This document shows, piece after piece, positions 29,522 through 39,044 of a DNA stretch of 64,000 nucleotides. Position 1 is the stretch's first letter; each line of letters begins with the position of its first letter. The notes under the pieces were generated by a model. That model worked only from the letters and a program-made list of their open reading frames with translations, had not been told where the DNA came from and did no database searches. A program made the translations under genes and the position numbers. Location of the stretch: sequence record MH719082.1; one strand, written 5' to 3'. Source of the DNA: Escherichia phage vB_EcoM_IME392.

Positions 29522-30891
29522 ACATAATTCAAGATTCCTCTCTATCCTTCGACCAGATCAGAACGGATTTAGAGAACTATATTAAGTCTCTTCCAGATTA
29601 TGAGACTAAGTGGAAGGACTTCTACGAGGCTGGTGCTGGCGAAACAGTACTTAATACTGGTGCTGGTATCACTGCATTCTTAGCTTACGCTGCCTACATG
29701 AACCGCCGAGATTCGTTACTGGATTTCGGCAATATGACCTCGACCATCGTGTCTATTGGGTCTGCATTAGGTTACGTGTATAATCGTAAATCTGCTCCTC
29801 TTCTCCAGATTACGTTTACATCCACTGAGCAAGTTTACTGGGATAAGGAAGATCCTATCGGTAACTACATGGGTCGTTCTCTGGTTCTCACCAACTCCAC
29901 CCAAATAGAAGTTGGCGTGAACACCATTGTGGTTGCTATAGGTGATTGGGTCTCTCAGGAGATAACCATCACTGATGCTAAGGATTTTAAAGGTATCAAC
30001 GTACCTATTCAGCCTGATAATAATCTGGTTAACCTGTATATCGATGGAGAGAAGATCTCCTACACCACAGCTGCGGAAGATATGGATTCGGACAATGTCC
30101 TAATTCGTTCTTACTTCTCGGGAATATTCATTATCTTCGGGAACGGGTCACTGGGCAGGAAGGCTGCTGTTAACCAGGTACTTAAGATAGAGTACGTTGC
30201 TCCCGCTGATAAACTAGATGGGTTAACTCTGGATCCTACCAAGATTCAGTTATACGTTGAAAATACGAGTAACTCATCTGAAGTTAAATACCCTGGGTCA
30301 GACCCTGATAGTCCTGAGAAGATCGTTGCTATTGCTCCTGGTTATTATTCAGCCAAGAGACGTCTGGTTACTCTGGACGATTACGCTTCGATAGGTGCTT
30401 CTTATCAGGGTGTGGTAAGTGCTAACGCTGCTCTTCCGACTACTTCTTGCTGCTCGGTTAACGTCTCGTACCTACGAGCCGATGAATTAACCATGAATGA
30501 TGCTATGAAGGCAGATTTCGAGAAGTATATGCTGCAGTACGCCATGCTGGGTTCTAACATAAATGTTATAGACCCTATCAGGATCATGGTCGATGTTAAG
30601 ATGCGAGTGGTTATTGACTCCGGAGCTGATACGGATGCCATTACCAAGAAGATTCGTGAAACCATAAATAAAAAGTGCATGACTAACGGTGCATTCTTTA
30701 CGGTTAACGATATGACTCTGCCAGAGTCTCTTCGCGTTAGACGTATCTACATTAAGCAGCCTATTCTTGACCGACAGGCTAAGTACAATGAGTACTATAA
30801 GCTCCGCAAACTGGAGATCAGTTATACGGAAGATCGGACTCTGGTAGATTCCGGAGGCACAGATAAGAATGCGGGGTATGAGTATGGCTAA
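29518..30891 (+). CDS. baseplate J-like protein
   Basis: 457 aa directly after gp25-like gene, ATGA overlap. Confidence 0.5.
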   Translation: MNIIQDSSLSFDQIRTDLENYIKSLPDYETKWKDFYEAGAGETVLNTGAGITAFLAYAAYMNRRDSLLDFGNMTSTIVSIGSALGYVYNRKSAPLLQITFTSTEQVYWDKEDPIGNYMGRSLVLTNSTQIEVGVNTIVVAIGDWVSQEITITDAKDFKGINVPIQPDNNLVNLYIDGEKISYTTAAEDMDSDNVLIRSYFSGIFIIFGNGSLGRKAAVNQVLKIEYVAPADKLDGLTLDPTKIQLYVENTSNSSEVKYPGSDPDSPEKIVAIAPGYYSAKRRLVTLDDYASIGASYQGVVSANAALPTTSCCSVNVSYLRADELTMNDAMKADFEKYMLQYAMLGSNINVIDPIRIMVDVKMRVVIDSGADTDAITKKIRETINKKCMTNGAFFTVNDMTLPESLRVRRIYIKQPILDRQAKYNEYYKLRKLEISYTEDRTLVDSGGTDKNAGYEYG

Positions 30892-32362
30892 GTTCAACAC
30901 TCTAGATTACTTCTCTCCTAACCTTAGAGGGAACGAGTTATATAAGTTCTTCTCGCAGGTGCTGGATCATGGTCTAGAGACTGTTGTCTTTCCGGAGATG
31001 GATAAAAATACGGCGATTTATGATCCTAGTAAACCGTCTTATGATCCGATTTATATCCTGGAGCTACTGGGTCAACCAGACTTAGCAGATCTCATAACTA
31101 CCGAGGTAGACCAGAACTCAGTATCTGTACTCCTCCCAAGTATCCTTGATAACAAGGGTATGAAGGATGGGGTTGATCTTATCTTTAAGCTGATAAATGT
31201 AGAGATAGAAGAGATATTGTATCAGAAGACTCCGGAAGGCTGCTCACTGGCAACCATCCTGCTTCCTAAGAACGTGATCTTGTCTACTCGGCAGATTAAG
31301 CTAATTGATCGTCTGTCGCGTAAGGTATTTCCGATATGCGTAAGACTTACCGGTATCGCTAACTGTCTTCCAGATGGCGTTGAATCTCTCGGAAGCGCCT
31401 CCTTGGACACCAGTTGGTTGCTAGACACATCAATCCTGGATGGTTCAGTAGGTATACGAGTCCCAGATATTTCGGATACTCTATGGCTGCGATTCTGTCT
31501 CGATATTATGTCGGAGATGGAAGTACCTCTTGAAGTGTTGATTGATCGCTTCTCGGATCGTCTGATGAACTCTTATCTGACTGTATTCGATAGGAGAACT
31601 ATCAAGCTAGATAATGGTCTTATTCTGGATATGGGTACATACTTAGATCTCCAGAATACCGACACTGCTCACAGCAGACTCTATAGCTCATTGGCTAAGT
31701 TTAATGTAGATTTAAGCGCCGATTCCAGAACTACTGAGATTGAGTCCTTACTGGACTTATCAGACTTGGTAGCTGGGTTGGAGTTTAAGTCCTCTATGCT
31801 GCGTGAGATCTTCCTGTTCTTGGATATCGACCTCTCAGAGTTCGGATTCCAGAATTACATGGATAGGAAGATAGAGCACTTATCCAAGGGGATAGAGCAA
31901 GTAAATTATGGATATGAGGGTGGTAATTACGCTGATGGTTACGATTTAACTAACTATCAGGGTTTCGAATACGAGAACTTATACGTAATCCAATCTCATC
32001 GTGATGGCCAAACTCAGCGTAGCGGGACGGCTTATTACGGATTGCCGGAAATAGACTGGCTACACTTCGAAGGTATGGACTTCATTAATGGGTCTTACCT
32101 GCTGGATGGTACTCGTTATCTTCACCAGGAGTTCATTAAAAAGATCAAAGTGTACGATTGGTATACTCATTGGTCTAGCTACCGAGAAGCTATGTTCCTA
32201 ACCACTCATAAGACCGAAAGACTCTTAGAGAAACGGGATGGGACTATTCTCCATGACGGAACTTATAATCGCGGTGAGAAAGTAACTCGTTACGGATTCG
32301 AACCTCTGTACAACGACGTTATTAGTCACGATGATACTTACTATCGCGATGCCAATCTATAG
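30869..32362 (+). CDS. baseplate/tail-fibre-associated protein
   Basis: 497 aa; alternative starts at 30878/30884. Confidence 0.45.
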   Translation: MRGMSMAKFNTLDYFSPNLRGNELYKFFSQVLDHGLETVVFPEMDKNTAIYDPSKPSYDPIYILELLGQPDLADLITTEVDQNSVSVLLPSILDNKGMKDGVDLIFKLINVEIEEILYQKTPEGCSLATILLPKNVILSTRQIKLIDRLSRKVFPICVRLTGIANCLPDGVESLGSASLDTSWLLDTSILDGSVGIRVPDISDTLWLRFCLDIMSEMEVPLEVLIDRFSDRLMNSYLTVFDRRTIKLDNGLILDMGTYLDLQNTDTAHSRLYSSLAKFNVDLSADSRTTEIESLLDLSDLVAGLEFKSSMLREIFLFLDIDLSEFGFQNYMDRKIEHLSKGIEQVNYGYEGGNYADGYDLTNYQGFEYENLYVIQSHRDGQTQRSGTAYYGLPEIDWLHFEGMDFINGSYLLDGTRYLHQEFIKKIKVYDWYTHWSSYREAMFLTTHKTERLLEKRDGTILHDGTYNRGEKVTRYGFEPLYNDVISHDDTYYRDANL

Positions 32363-32370
32363 GTGATTAG

Positions 32371-33138
32371 ATGAGCAATTATACTGGGGCATTTAACTTT
32401 CATGCTCAGGTGTACCAATTTGAAGAAAGTGATGTGGTTAAAGGTGGCCCGGACGGCATTGATAACGTGCCTCTTACCCAGCTGTCAGATCGTACGTTTT
32501 ATCTTAAGGCTCTTGCTGACTTTACATTCCTTAAGCTATTCAATCTTAATCCTCTCGGCTCGTTCAAACAAGGATTCCAGATTAACGTGGCTGGGTATGC
32601 GGTCTTCGACGAGGCCTCCGGTAAGTGGTTTAAGTGGACAGGATCTCTACCTAAAGTAGTGGTTAAGTCTTCTAAGCCAGAAACTACTGGAGGTATCTAT
32701 GATCCAACCACCAATCCGAGCGGTAAGTGGGTGGCTATTGACTTCAGTGTTCTAGACCTTGGCGCTGGGGTTAAGATCCCTACAGCAGCTGCTCCTGGTA
32801 ATCTGTATAGCGGTAAGTACAATCCAGCCTTCGTTAAGATTGAGAATGTCTCCAATCTAGACATAGCAGAAGCCATATATACCAGACTAGGGAATGTGGT
32901 TACTGTTAATGGCAAGATCACTGCTTCTGCTACCGATGCCGGAGAAGTAATGAAAATAGGAATTGGCTTACCTATTAACGCTACCTTCTCAGATGACTCA
33001 AGCCTCTCAGGAGTTGGCGTTGGTATAGTAGCTGGTCAGATTTATGCCGATGTGGACAGTAGTGTGGCTGTTCTTGAGATTAATCAGGGTAGTACAGACG
33101 AGCTGTCTCTGAGATACACGTTCTCTTACACTATATAA
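32371..33138 (+). CDS. receptor-binding-protein anchor-domain protein
   Basis: N-terminus paralogous to 33151 gene; GKWFKWTGSLPKVV...TGG motif. Confidence 0.5.
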   Translation: MSNYTGAFNFHAQVYQFEESDVVKGGPDGIDNVPLTQLSDRTFYLKALADFTFLKLFNLNPLGSFKQGFQINVAGYAVFDEASGKWFKWTGSLPKVVVKSSKPETTGGIYDPTTNPSGKWVAIDFSVLDLGAGVKIPTAAAPGNLYSGKYNPAFVKIENVSNLDIAEAIYTRLGNVVTVNGKITASATDAGEVMKIGIGLPINATFSDDSSLSGVGVGIVAGQIYADVDSSVAVLEINQGSTDELSLRYTFSYTI

Positions 33139-33150
33139 TAGGATATCGAA

Positions 33151-34068
33151 ATGGGTACTTATCAGGGTAAAAATCAGTACGTAGAGGACATCTATACCTT
33201 CGAACGTACTGACAAAGTGTCGGGTGGTGATGACGGTATTGATAACGTACCCATTAAGAATCTTACCGACAGAACTACATATCTCCGTAGTCTAGCATTG
33301 AATTCATTCCTGGATATCTATGGGATTAACCCAGTAGGTACTTTCGGGATAGGATTTGATCTCCAGGACTCTGGGGATGGTGTGTATGACGAGGTGTCTG
33401 GCAAGTGGTATTACTGGCTAGGCTCCTTCCCCAAATCTGTTGCCGAGAATTCTTCTCCGGAAGATACTGGTGGTATCTTCGACCCAGAAAGTAATCCAGA
33501 TGGATTATGGACTGAGGTAATTCCGGTAAACCAGCGTCAGGTAGATATGGCTGCTCGGGCATTCCGAGTTAAGACCGAAGAAGTCCAGTTCATGAAAGTA
33601 GGTCGTCCTCTCGACGGCTTTCGTGTATTGTATGACTTAGCTTCCCAGGAAGCTTATCGTTTACCTATGGATATCCCTGAAGGATCAACTATTGTTAGCT
33701 TAACAGACGGAGGGTGGCTAGAGCATAGCAATGGCAGGGTAAACTTATCTGCTTACGCCGTCGAATTAGAAGAGTATAAGTACTTTACCGGAGGCGACTT
33801 CAGTACCGGCTTTACTCTACGTCAGAACCACTGCATAGTTATGCATGATGGTGTTCTGTATCGCTGGGATGGCGATTTTCCGAAGACCGTAAATGCTAAC
33901 AGTACTCCAGAATCAGACGGTATTGGTGATGGTAAATGGGTTCCTGTTAAGACTGGTGCCCTGTATCGCTATGCTACTGTTGCCCAGTTAGATAGTGTTG
34001 AGAATGCTCTAACTACTCGCATAAACGAAGTAGAGAGCGCCGCTTTTGTTAACGCATTACTGTTCTAA
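33151..34068 (+). CDS. receptor-binding-protein anchor-domain protein (two motif copies)
   Basis: GKWYYWLGSFPKSV and VLYRWDGDFPKTV repeats. Confidence 0.5.
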   Translation: MGTYQGKNQYVEDIYTFERTDKVSGGDDGIDNVPIKNLTDRTTYLRSLALNSFLDIYGINPVGTFGIGFDLQDSGDGVYDEVSGKWYYWLGSFPKSVAENSSPEDTGGIFDPESNPDGLWTEVIPVNQRQVDMAARAFRVKTEEVQFMKVGRPLDGFRVLYDLASQEAYRLPMDIPEGSTIVSLTDGGWLEHSNGRVNLSAYAVELEEYKYFTGGDFSTGFTLRQNHCIVMHDGVLYRWDGDFPKTVNANSTPESDGIGDGKWVPVKTGALYRYATVAQLDSVENALTTRINEVESAAFVNALLF

Positions 34069-34077
34069 GGAATACCC

Positions 34078-34419
34078 ATGGCAGCTAAATTTAAACGAGC
34101 TAGCGCTACGCTAACTAAATCTGAATCTACCATTTATACTACTCCGGCTACTGGTGCTATAATCGTTGGAATCCTGGCAGCCCATAATGGTGTTACAGAT
34201 GCTGCAGCTCAGTTTCAGCTTAAGATTAAACCTGCATCTGGAAATGATGTATACCTGCTAGGTAAAGACACTAATCTTCCTCAGAAGTCGGCATTGAATA
34301 TCGATTCTGCTAAGGTAATTCTCATGGATGGTGATCAGGTAGTAGCTTCAGCATCTGCTGTAGATACTTCTAATAACTCGAACATGGTAGACCTGACTCT
34401 TTCCATTGTGGAGAACTAA
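34078..34419 (+). CDS. hypothetical tail protein
   Basis: 113 aa ORF with AAGGA RBS. Confidence 0.45.
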   Translation: MAAKFKRASATLTKSESTIYTTPATGAIIVGILAAHNGVTDAAAQFQLKIKPASGNDVYLLGKDTNLPQKSALNIDSAKVILMDGDQVVASASAVDTSNNSNMVDLTLSIVEN

Positions 34420-34420
34420 T

Positions 34421-35767
34421 ATGGGTGGTTATATTGGTTTCAATCCATCTGATGGTGCTGGTGAACTTCGTAATGAATTGACTCCTAAGATCAAGAACAA
34501 CCAGGATAACATCATCGAGTTGTGGGCGAATGACTTAGCCGATTGTGGTTACAATCTGGCAGCTACTTTCGAGTTCGGTGGTATCTTATCTAACCGATTC
34601 GATCTGGTAGTATCTCTTGATCGTCAGCGTGCATATTCATGGAAGGGTAACTTTCCAGTAGATATTGCAAACGCACCTATCACCCATTCTAATTGGGTAC
34701 CTTGGTCGATCGACCAAATGGGTGCTGGTAACTTATTGGAAGTTAAGTGGGTATCCTCTCGTAAGTTATTAGGGTCACCATTATGGGGTGGATTCGTAGC
34801 AGCTGATGGTGGTATCTTCTCACGTATCTTGTATCCTGATACTTGGGCAGCAGTCAATGCTGGACTAGTACAAGTATGTCCTGAAGCTGACTGGGTAGCT
34901 GATCCTACTAAGCGCCACTGCTATACTACTGGTGATGGTACTACTACCTTCCGAGTACCTGACTTAAATGGTGCGTACCGTCATCCTAGTGACTCCTCTA
35001 AGAACTCCATTCCAGGATTATTCTTACGTGGTGATAATGGTAGTGACTACGGATACGTCCAGCGTAATGCTGCACCTAATATTACTGGTATTATACAAGG
35101 TCGTACTTCTGGTACTTATGGTCGACTATTCAGTCAATCTACTATTAATAGTGGAGCATTACAAACTAGTGATGAGAATGGTGGTGAATTCGCTACTGGT
35201 ACAGTAACTGCATCGACTCCATCTGATCGTATGAGTAAGTTACTATTTGATGCATCAAAATCACTTACACCAGGTGCTGAGGCTTACGGTCGTGCTGAAC
35301 CTAATGGTGCACCTGCTGATGAAGTCCGACCTAACAGTGCAGTAGGTTGTTACGCTATCCGTCTACAAGGTCGAGTTGTGAATCCCGGTACGGTGGATCT
35401 GTTATCATTAGTTGATACAGTTGCAGGTATGACTATAGGTAATACACCTAGCAGTAATCAGATTCCTAACATGAAGCATTGGACTCGTGGAGGGTCAGGT
35501 CGTGCATGGTGGAGGAAAGAACCTGATGGATTCATTAGACAGGGAGGATTCTTTACTGCTAATGTTAGACCTGGTTCAGGTACTAAAGTGTACGTTGATG
35601 TAACATGGGCTATACCATTCCCTAATGAATGTAACTCAGTAACCGTAGGTGATGCTGGATTCGGTGATGGTAATATGTGGGGCGCCACTAATATCACCAG
35701 GACTGGAGCTCGTTTATGGTGTAGCGCAGTAGGCGAGGGTGGTTACTACTTGGCTGAGGGCTACTAA
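34421..35767 (+). CDS. tail fibre protein
   Basis: start ATG 34421; shares TTFRVPDLNG...RGDNG...NGAPNITG block with 36207 gene. Confidence 0.55.
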   Translation: MGGYIGFNPSDGAGELRNELTPKIKNNQDNIIELWANDLADCGYNLAATFEFGGILSNRFDLVVSLDRQRAYSWKGNFPVDIANAPITHSNWVPWSIDQMGAGNLLEVKWVSSRKLLGSPLWGGFVAADGGIFSRILYPDTWAAVNAGLVQVCPEADWVADPTKRHCYTTGDGTTTFRVPDLNGAYRHPSDSSKNSIPGLFLRGDNGSDYGYVQRNAAPNITGIIQGRTSGTYGRLFSQSTINSGALQTSDENGGEFATGTVTASTPSDRMSKLLFDASKSLTPGAEAYGRAEPNGAPADEVRPNSAVGCYAIRLQGRVVNPGTVDLLSLVDTVAGMTIGNTPSSNQIPNMKHWTRGGSGRAWWRKEPDGFIRQGGFFTANVRPGSGTKVYVDVTWAIPFPNECNSVTVGDAGFGDGNMWGATNITRTGARLWCSAVGEGGYYLAEGY

Positions 35768-36195
35768 TGGCTAATTATCTATATAGCAATTCTCGTAAAT
35801 CGTTCTATCCAGTATCGTTAATAGAAAATTATCAAAATAGCATAAACGGATTACCTGAAGATTTAGTAGAAGTCAGTGATTCTGACTTTAATGAATTTTC
35901 TCAGAGTCGTACTAATGAGTGCTGTAATTTAACTGAATCAGGATTCGAGTGGATTCCTAAAGGTCCTGAACCAGTATCAGTCGAAGATGCTCATCGTATC
36001 AAGAGTATCTTGATAAATAGTGCTAATAAGACTATTAGTACCTGGCAGACTAAGTTGATGCTTAATAGACTATCTGACGAAGATAAAGTCAAACTGAATG
36101 CTTGGTTGGACTACATCGATGAGCTGGAAGCTATCAATCCTGACTCAGTAGAAGATACATCAGCTATCCCGTGGCCTACTGCTCCTGAAGCATAA
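35767..36195 (+). CDS. tail fibre assembly chaperone (Tfa-like)
   Basis: 142 aa; C-terminal LNAWLDYIDELEAINPD...IPWPTAP. Confidence 0.55.
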   Translation: MANYLYSNSRKSFYPVSLIENYQNSINGLPEDLVEVSDSDFNEFSQSRTNECCNLTESGFEWIPKGPEPVSVEDAHRIKSILINSANKTISTWQTKLMLNRLSDEDKVKLNAWLDYIDELEAINPDSVEDTSAIPWPTAPEA

Positions 36196-36206
36196 AGAGG
36201 TATAAA

Positions 36207-37658
36207 ATGTCAAATGGATATATTGGTACCTACCCTAAATTCGCTATTTATTCTCCTGAGAAATTGGCGAAAGGTACCACCACTAAGACTCTGCAGTATG
36301 CTCCAGGATCAGCTTATGCAATTCTGGTAGTAGTAGGCGGGGCGATTCAGGAACCTAACGTAGCCTATACTGTAGCAGGTAATGTCATTACTTTCACGGA
36401 GACGCTCCCGTACGATGGATGGGTTCAGTACCGTGGACTTGAAGGTAAGGATGCTACTGACTTTATCGCAGCTGCAGGTGATCCAGTACTATCAGCACGT
36501 TGGGCATTCTCACGTGATCATATCTGGGATGGATTCGTTCCACTAGATGGTCAGGAATTATCTCGTGCTATGTACCCGTCAGCATGGGAGGCTATCAATG
36601 CTGGATTAGTACCAGTCGAGGATGATGCTGCATGGTTGGCTGATCCCAAGAAACGTGCATCGTTTACTAAGGGTGATGGTACTTCAACATTCCGAGTACC
36701 TGACCTTAATGGTAAGTTGGGTGATTCTATAAAGGGACTGCACATCCGTGGAGATAATGGTGATTCAGCTCGTACCGGTAAAGTACTCCAGAATGGCGCT
36801 CCGAATATTACAGGATACACTAATTTATTAGGGTATAACACATGGGCAAATAATGCCGGAGCGGCCAACGGTGCATTAAACTTAAGCCAGGGTTTAGCAT
36901 TCTCCAACGGTACCGATTTAGTTGTAAACTCTTCTTACAGAGAATTAAGAGCTAATTTAGATGCATCTAAATCTAATGCATCTTATGGTCGTGACGGCAC
37001 TGATGAAGTGCGTCCTAATGCAGCTATTGGATGCTGGGTAGTCAAGTTATTCGCAGGTATCGCTAATGCTGGTGTAGCTGATCTGCAGCAAGTGCTAGTC
37101 ACGTTAGCTGGTAAGATGGATAAGACCAAGTACGAATTCGGTGTACCAATGATTGGCGTACCATTCTACTGGCCATCGGATAAGATGCCTGATGAAGTAT
37201 ATCCTGAGCTGAAAGGTATGCACTTCATCCAAGCTCGTGGTGATAACTTCGATGCTGAACTGTATCCTAAGTTAGCTACTGTTTATCCTAATAATAAGTT
37301 ACCAGATTTACGTGGTGAATTCATCCGTGGTTGGGATGACGGACGTGAAGTGGATACTGGACGAGCTCTGCTATCGCGTCAATCACATTCAATTATTGAA
37401 CACTCACACTATATGGAGTTGTGGACAGGTGACGTACTTCATTCTGGGGATGCTAGAGATGGGGTAAATGCAGGAGTACTGGCTACCTATGGTGATGGTG
37501 GGTCAATTAAATCTGACGAATCAGGTAATCATGTACCCTCCTTAGTACGAGCTATTAATACTCGTAATATTAATCGTTACAACGTAAATAGCGAAAATAT
37601 AAGCACAGAAAACCGTCCACGTAACGTAGCATATAACATCATTGTAAGGGCATTATAA
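36207..37658 (+). CDS. tail fibre protein with phage tail-collar domain
   Basis: VPFYWPSDKMPDEVY...LPDLRGEFIRGWDDGR. Confidence 0.6.
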   Translation: MSNGYIGTYPKFAIYSPEKLAKGTTTKTLQYAPGSAYAILVVVGGAIQEPNVAYTVAGNVITFTETLPYDGWVQYRGLEGKDATDFIAAAGDPVLSARWAFSRDHIWDGFVPLDGQELSRAMYPSAWEAINAGLVPVEDDAAWLADPKKRASFTKGDGTSTFRVPDLNGKLGDSIKGLHIRGDNGDSARTGKVLQNGAPNITGYTNLLGYNTWANNAGAANGALNLSQGLAFSNGTDLVVNSSYRELRANLDASKSNASYGRDGTDEVRPNAAIGCWVVKLFAGIANAGVADLQQVLVTLAGKMDKTKYEFGVPMIGVPFYWPSDKMPDEVYPELKGMHFIQARGDNFDAELYPKLATVYPNNKLPDLRGEFIRGWDDGREVDTGRALLSRQSHSIIEHSHYMELWTGDVLHSGDARDGVNAGVLATYGDGGSIKSDESGNHVPSLVRAINTRNINRYNVNSENISTENRPRNVAYNIIVRAL

Positions 37659-38266
37659 TGAGCATTGAATTTAACGATCAAGGTTTTGCCACCACTTCTG
37701 GTAAAGTGATGGTTTATAACTACAATGAAGATACTCGTGAATTCACATTTAATCGTGAAGAGTTTATCTACGTAGGTGTATCGGTACCAGCTCACTCCAC
37801 AATCGTTCCAGTGCCTGCAGAACGTGAAGGATATGCTCGAGTGTATCATGAAGATACCAAGAAGTGGGAATATGTAGAAGATCACCGTGGAGTAGAAGTT
37901 TACTCAAAAGCTGATCAAACTAAAGTAACTATCCAGGAACTCGGACCTATCGACGATATCTACACTACGATTGCTCCTACTTCAATCCATGATAATTGGG
38001 ATGAAGATACTGGTGCATGGGTACTAGATGAAGTTGCTGAGCACGAAGCTAAGGTGGTTGCGGCTGATGCCAAGAAAGTAACATTGATTGAGGATGCTAA
38101 TGCTTATATCAATAGTAAGCAGTGGCCATCCAAACTGGCAATGGGCCGACTGAGCGATGCTGATAAAGTCAAGTTCAATTTGTGGCTAGATTATCAGGAG
38201 GAAGTAGAAGCTATTGAAACTACTGATCCTGATACTATCGTATGGCCAGAAGCACCTGCTAAGTAA
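37658..38266 (+). CDS. tail fibre assembly chaperone (Tfa-like)
   Basis: C-terminal FNLWLDYQEEVEAIETTDPDTIVWPEAP, paralog of 35767 gene. Confidence 0.55.
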   Translation: MSIEFNDQGFATTSGKVMVYNYNEDTREFTFNREEFIYVGVSVPAHSTIVPVPAEREGYARVYHEDTKKWEYVEDHRGVEVYSKADQTKVTIQELGPIDDIYTTIAPTSIHDNWDEDTGAWVLDEVAEHEAKVVAADAKKVTLIEDANAYINSKQWPSKLAMGRLSDADKVKFNLWLDYQEEVEAIETTDPDTIVWPEAPAK

Positions 38267-38341
38267 TATTTATTAAGGGGTAGTTATGTCAATTAATTAC
38301 ATGACTCCAGATAGTATCGTGATTGTAAGTGAGGTGTCAAT

Positions 38342-38965
38342 ATGAGCCTCACCCGTCTTAAGTATTTAATGAACGAAGGTACAGATGCTGAAGTTGAAGC
38401 GTATCTACGCCAGCTGGGTATCGGTAATGGAGCTCCATTAATAGGAGTACCGTTCCCGTGGGTTCATCCTACCAAGATGCCTGATGAGATATTTACTTCA
38501 ATGAAGGGTATGCGATTTCTGAAGATGAATGGTCAGACATTCGATCCAGAAACATACCCAGAACTGGCTAAGCTATGGACAACTAATCAGTTACAAGATC
38601 TACGTGCACAATTTATCCGTGGATGGGATGACGGTCGAGGCATGGATGCAGGACGAACGATCAATACTGGTCAGTCAGATTCTGCCCCAGAAATATCTGG
38701 TTGGTTCAGGACTGTTAATACTGAGAATGCATCAATCTGGGAAAGCATAACATCAGGATTTGGTTCTGGAGCTCTCTACGGTACTAATACTAAAGGTCAG
38801 TATTATAGATTAGCGGGACTTCCAATGGATATTAACGCTACCTATAAGTATCCTACAGTAATTAACTTCTTGGCATCACGATCATCTTCAGTATATGGAC
38901 GAAACGGCACCAATGAAATTGTACCTAAAAACGTAGCATTTCTGTACATCGTTCGAGCTAAATAA
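38342..38965 (+). CDS. short tail-collar-domain fibre protein
   Basis: VPFPWVHPTKMPDEI...LQDLRAQFIRGWDDGRG. Confidence 0.55.
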   Translation: MSLTRLKYLMNEGTDAEVEAYLRQLGIGNGAPLIGVPFPWVHPTKMPDEIFTSMKGMRFLKMNGQTFDPETYPELAKLWTTNQLQDLRAQFIRGWDDGRGMDAGRTINTGQSDSAPEISGWFRTVNTENASIWESITSGFGSGALYGTNTKGQYYRLAGLPMDINATYKYPTVINFLASRSSSVYGRNGTNEIVPKNVAFLYIVRAK

Positions 38966-39044
38966 ATAAATAGCTACAATAGCAGGTGCAACTTGTACAT
39001 GGGTTATGATAAACGAAGTGTTGACAATATCATAGGGTGATTAA

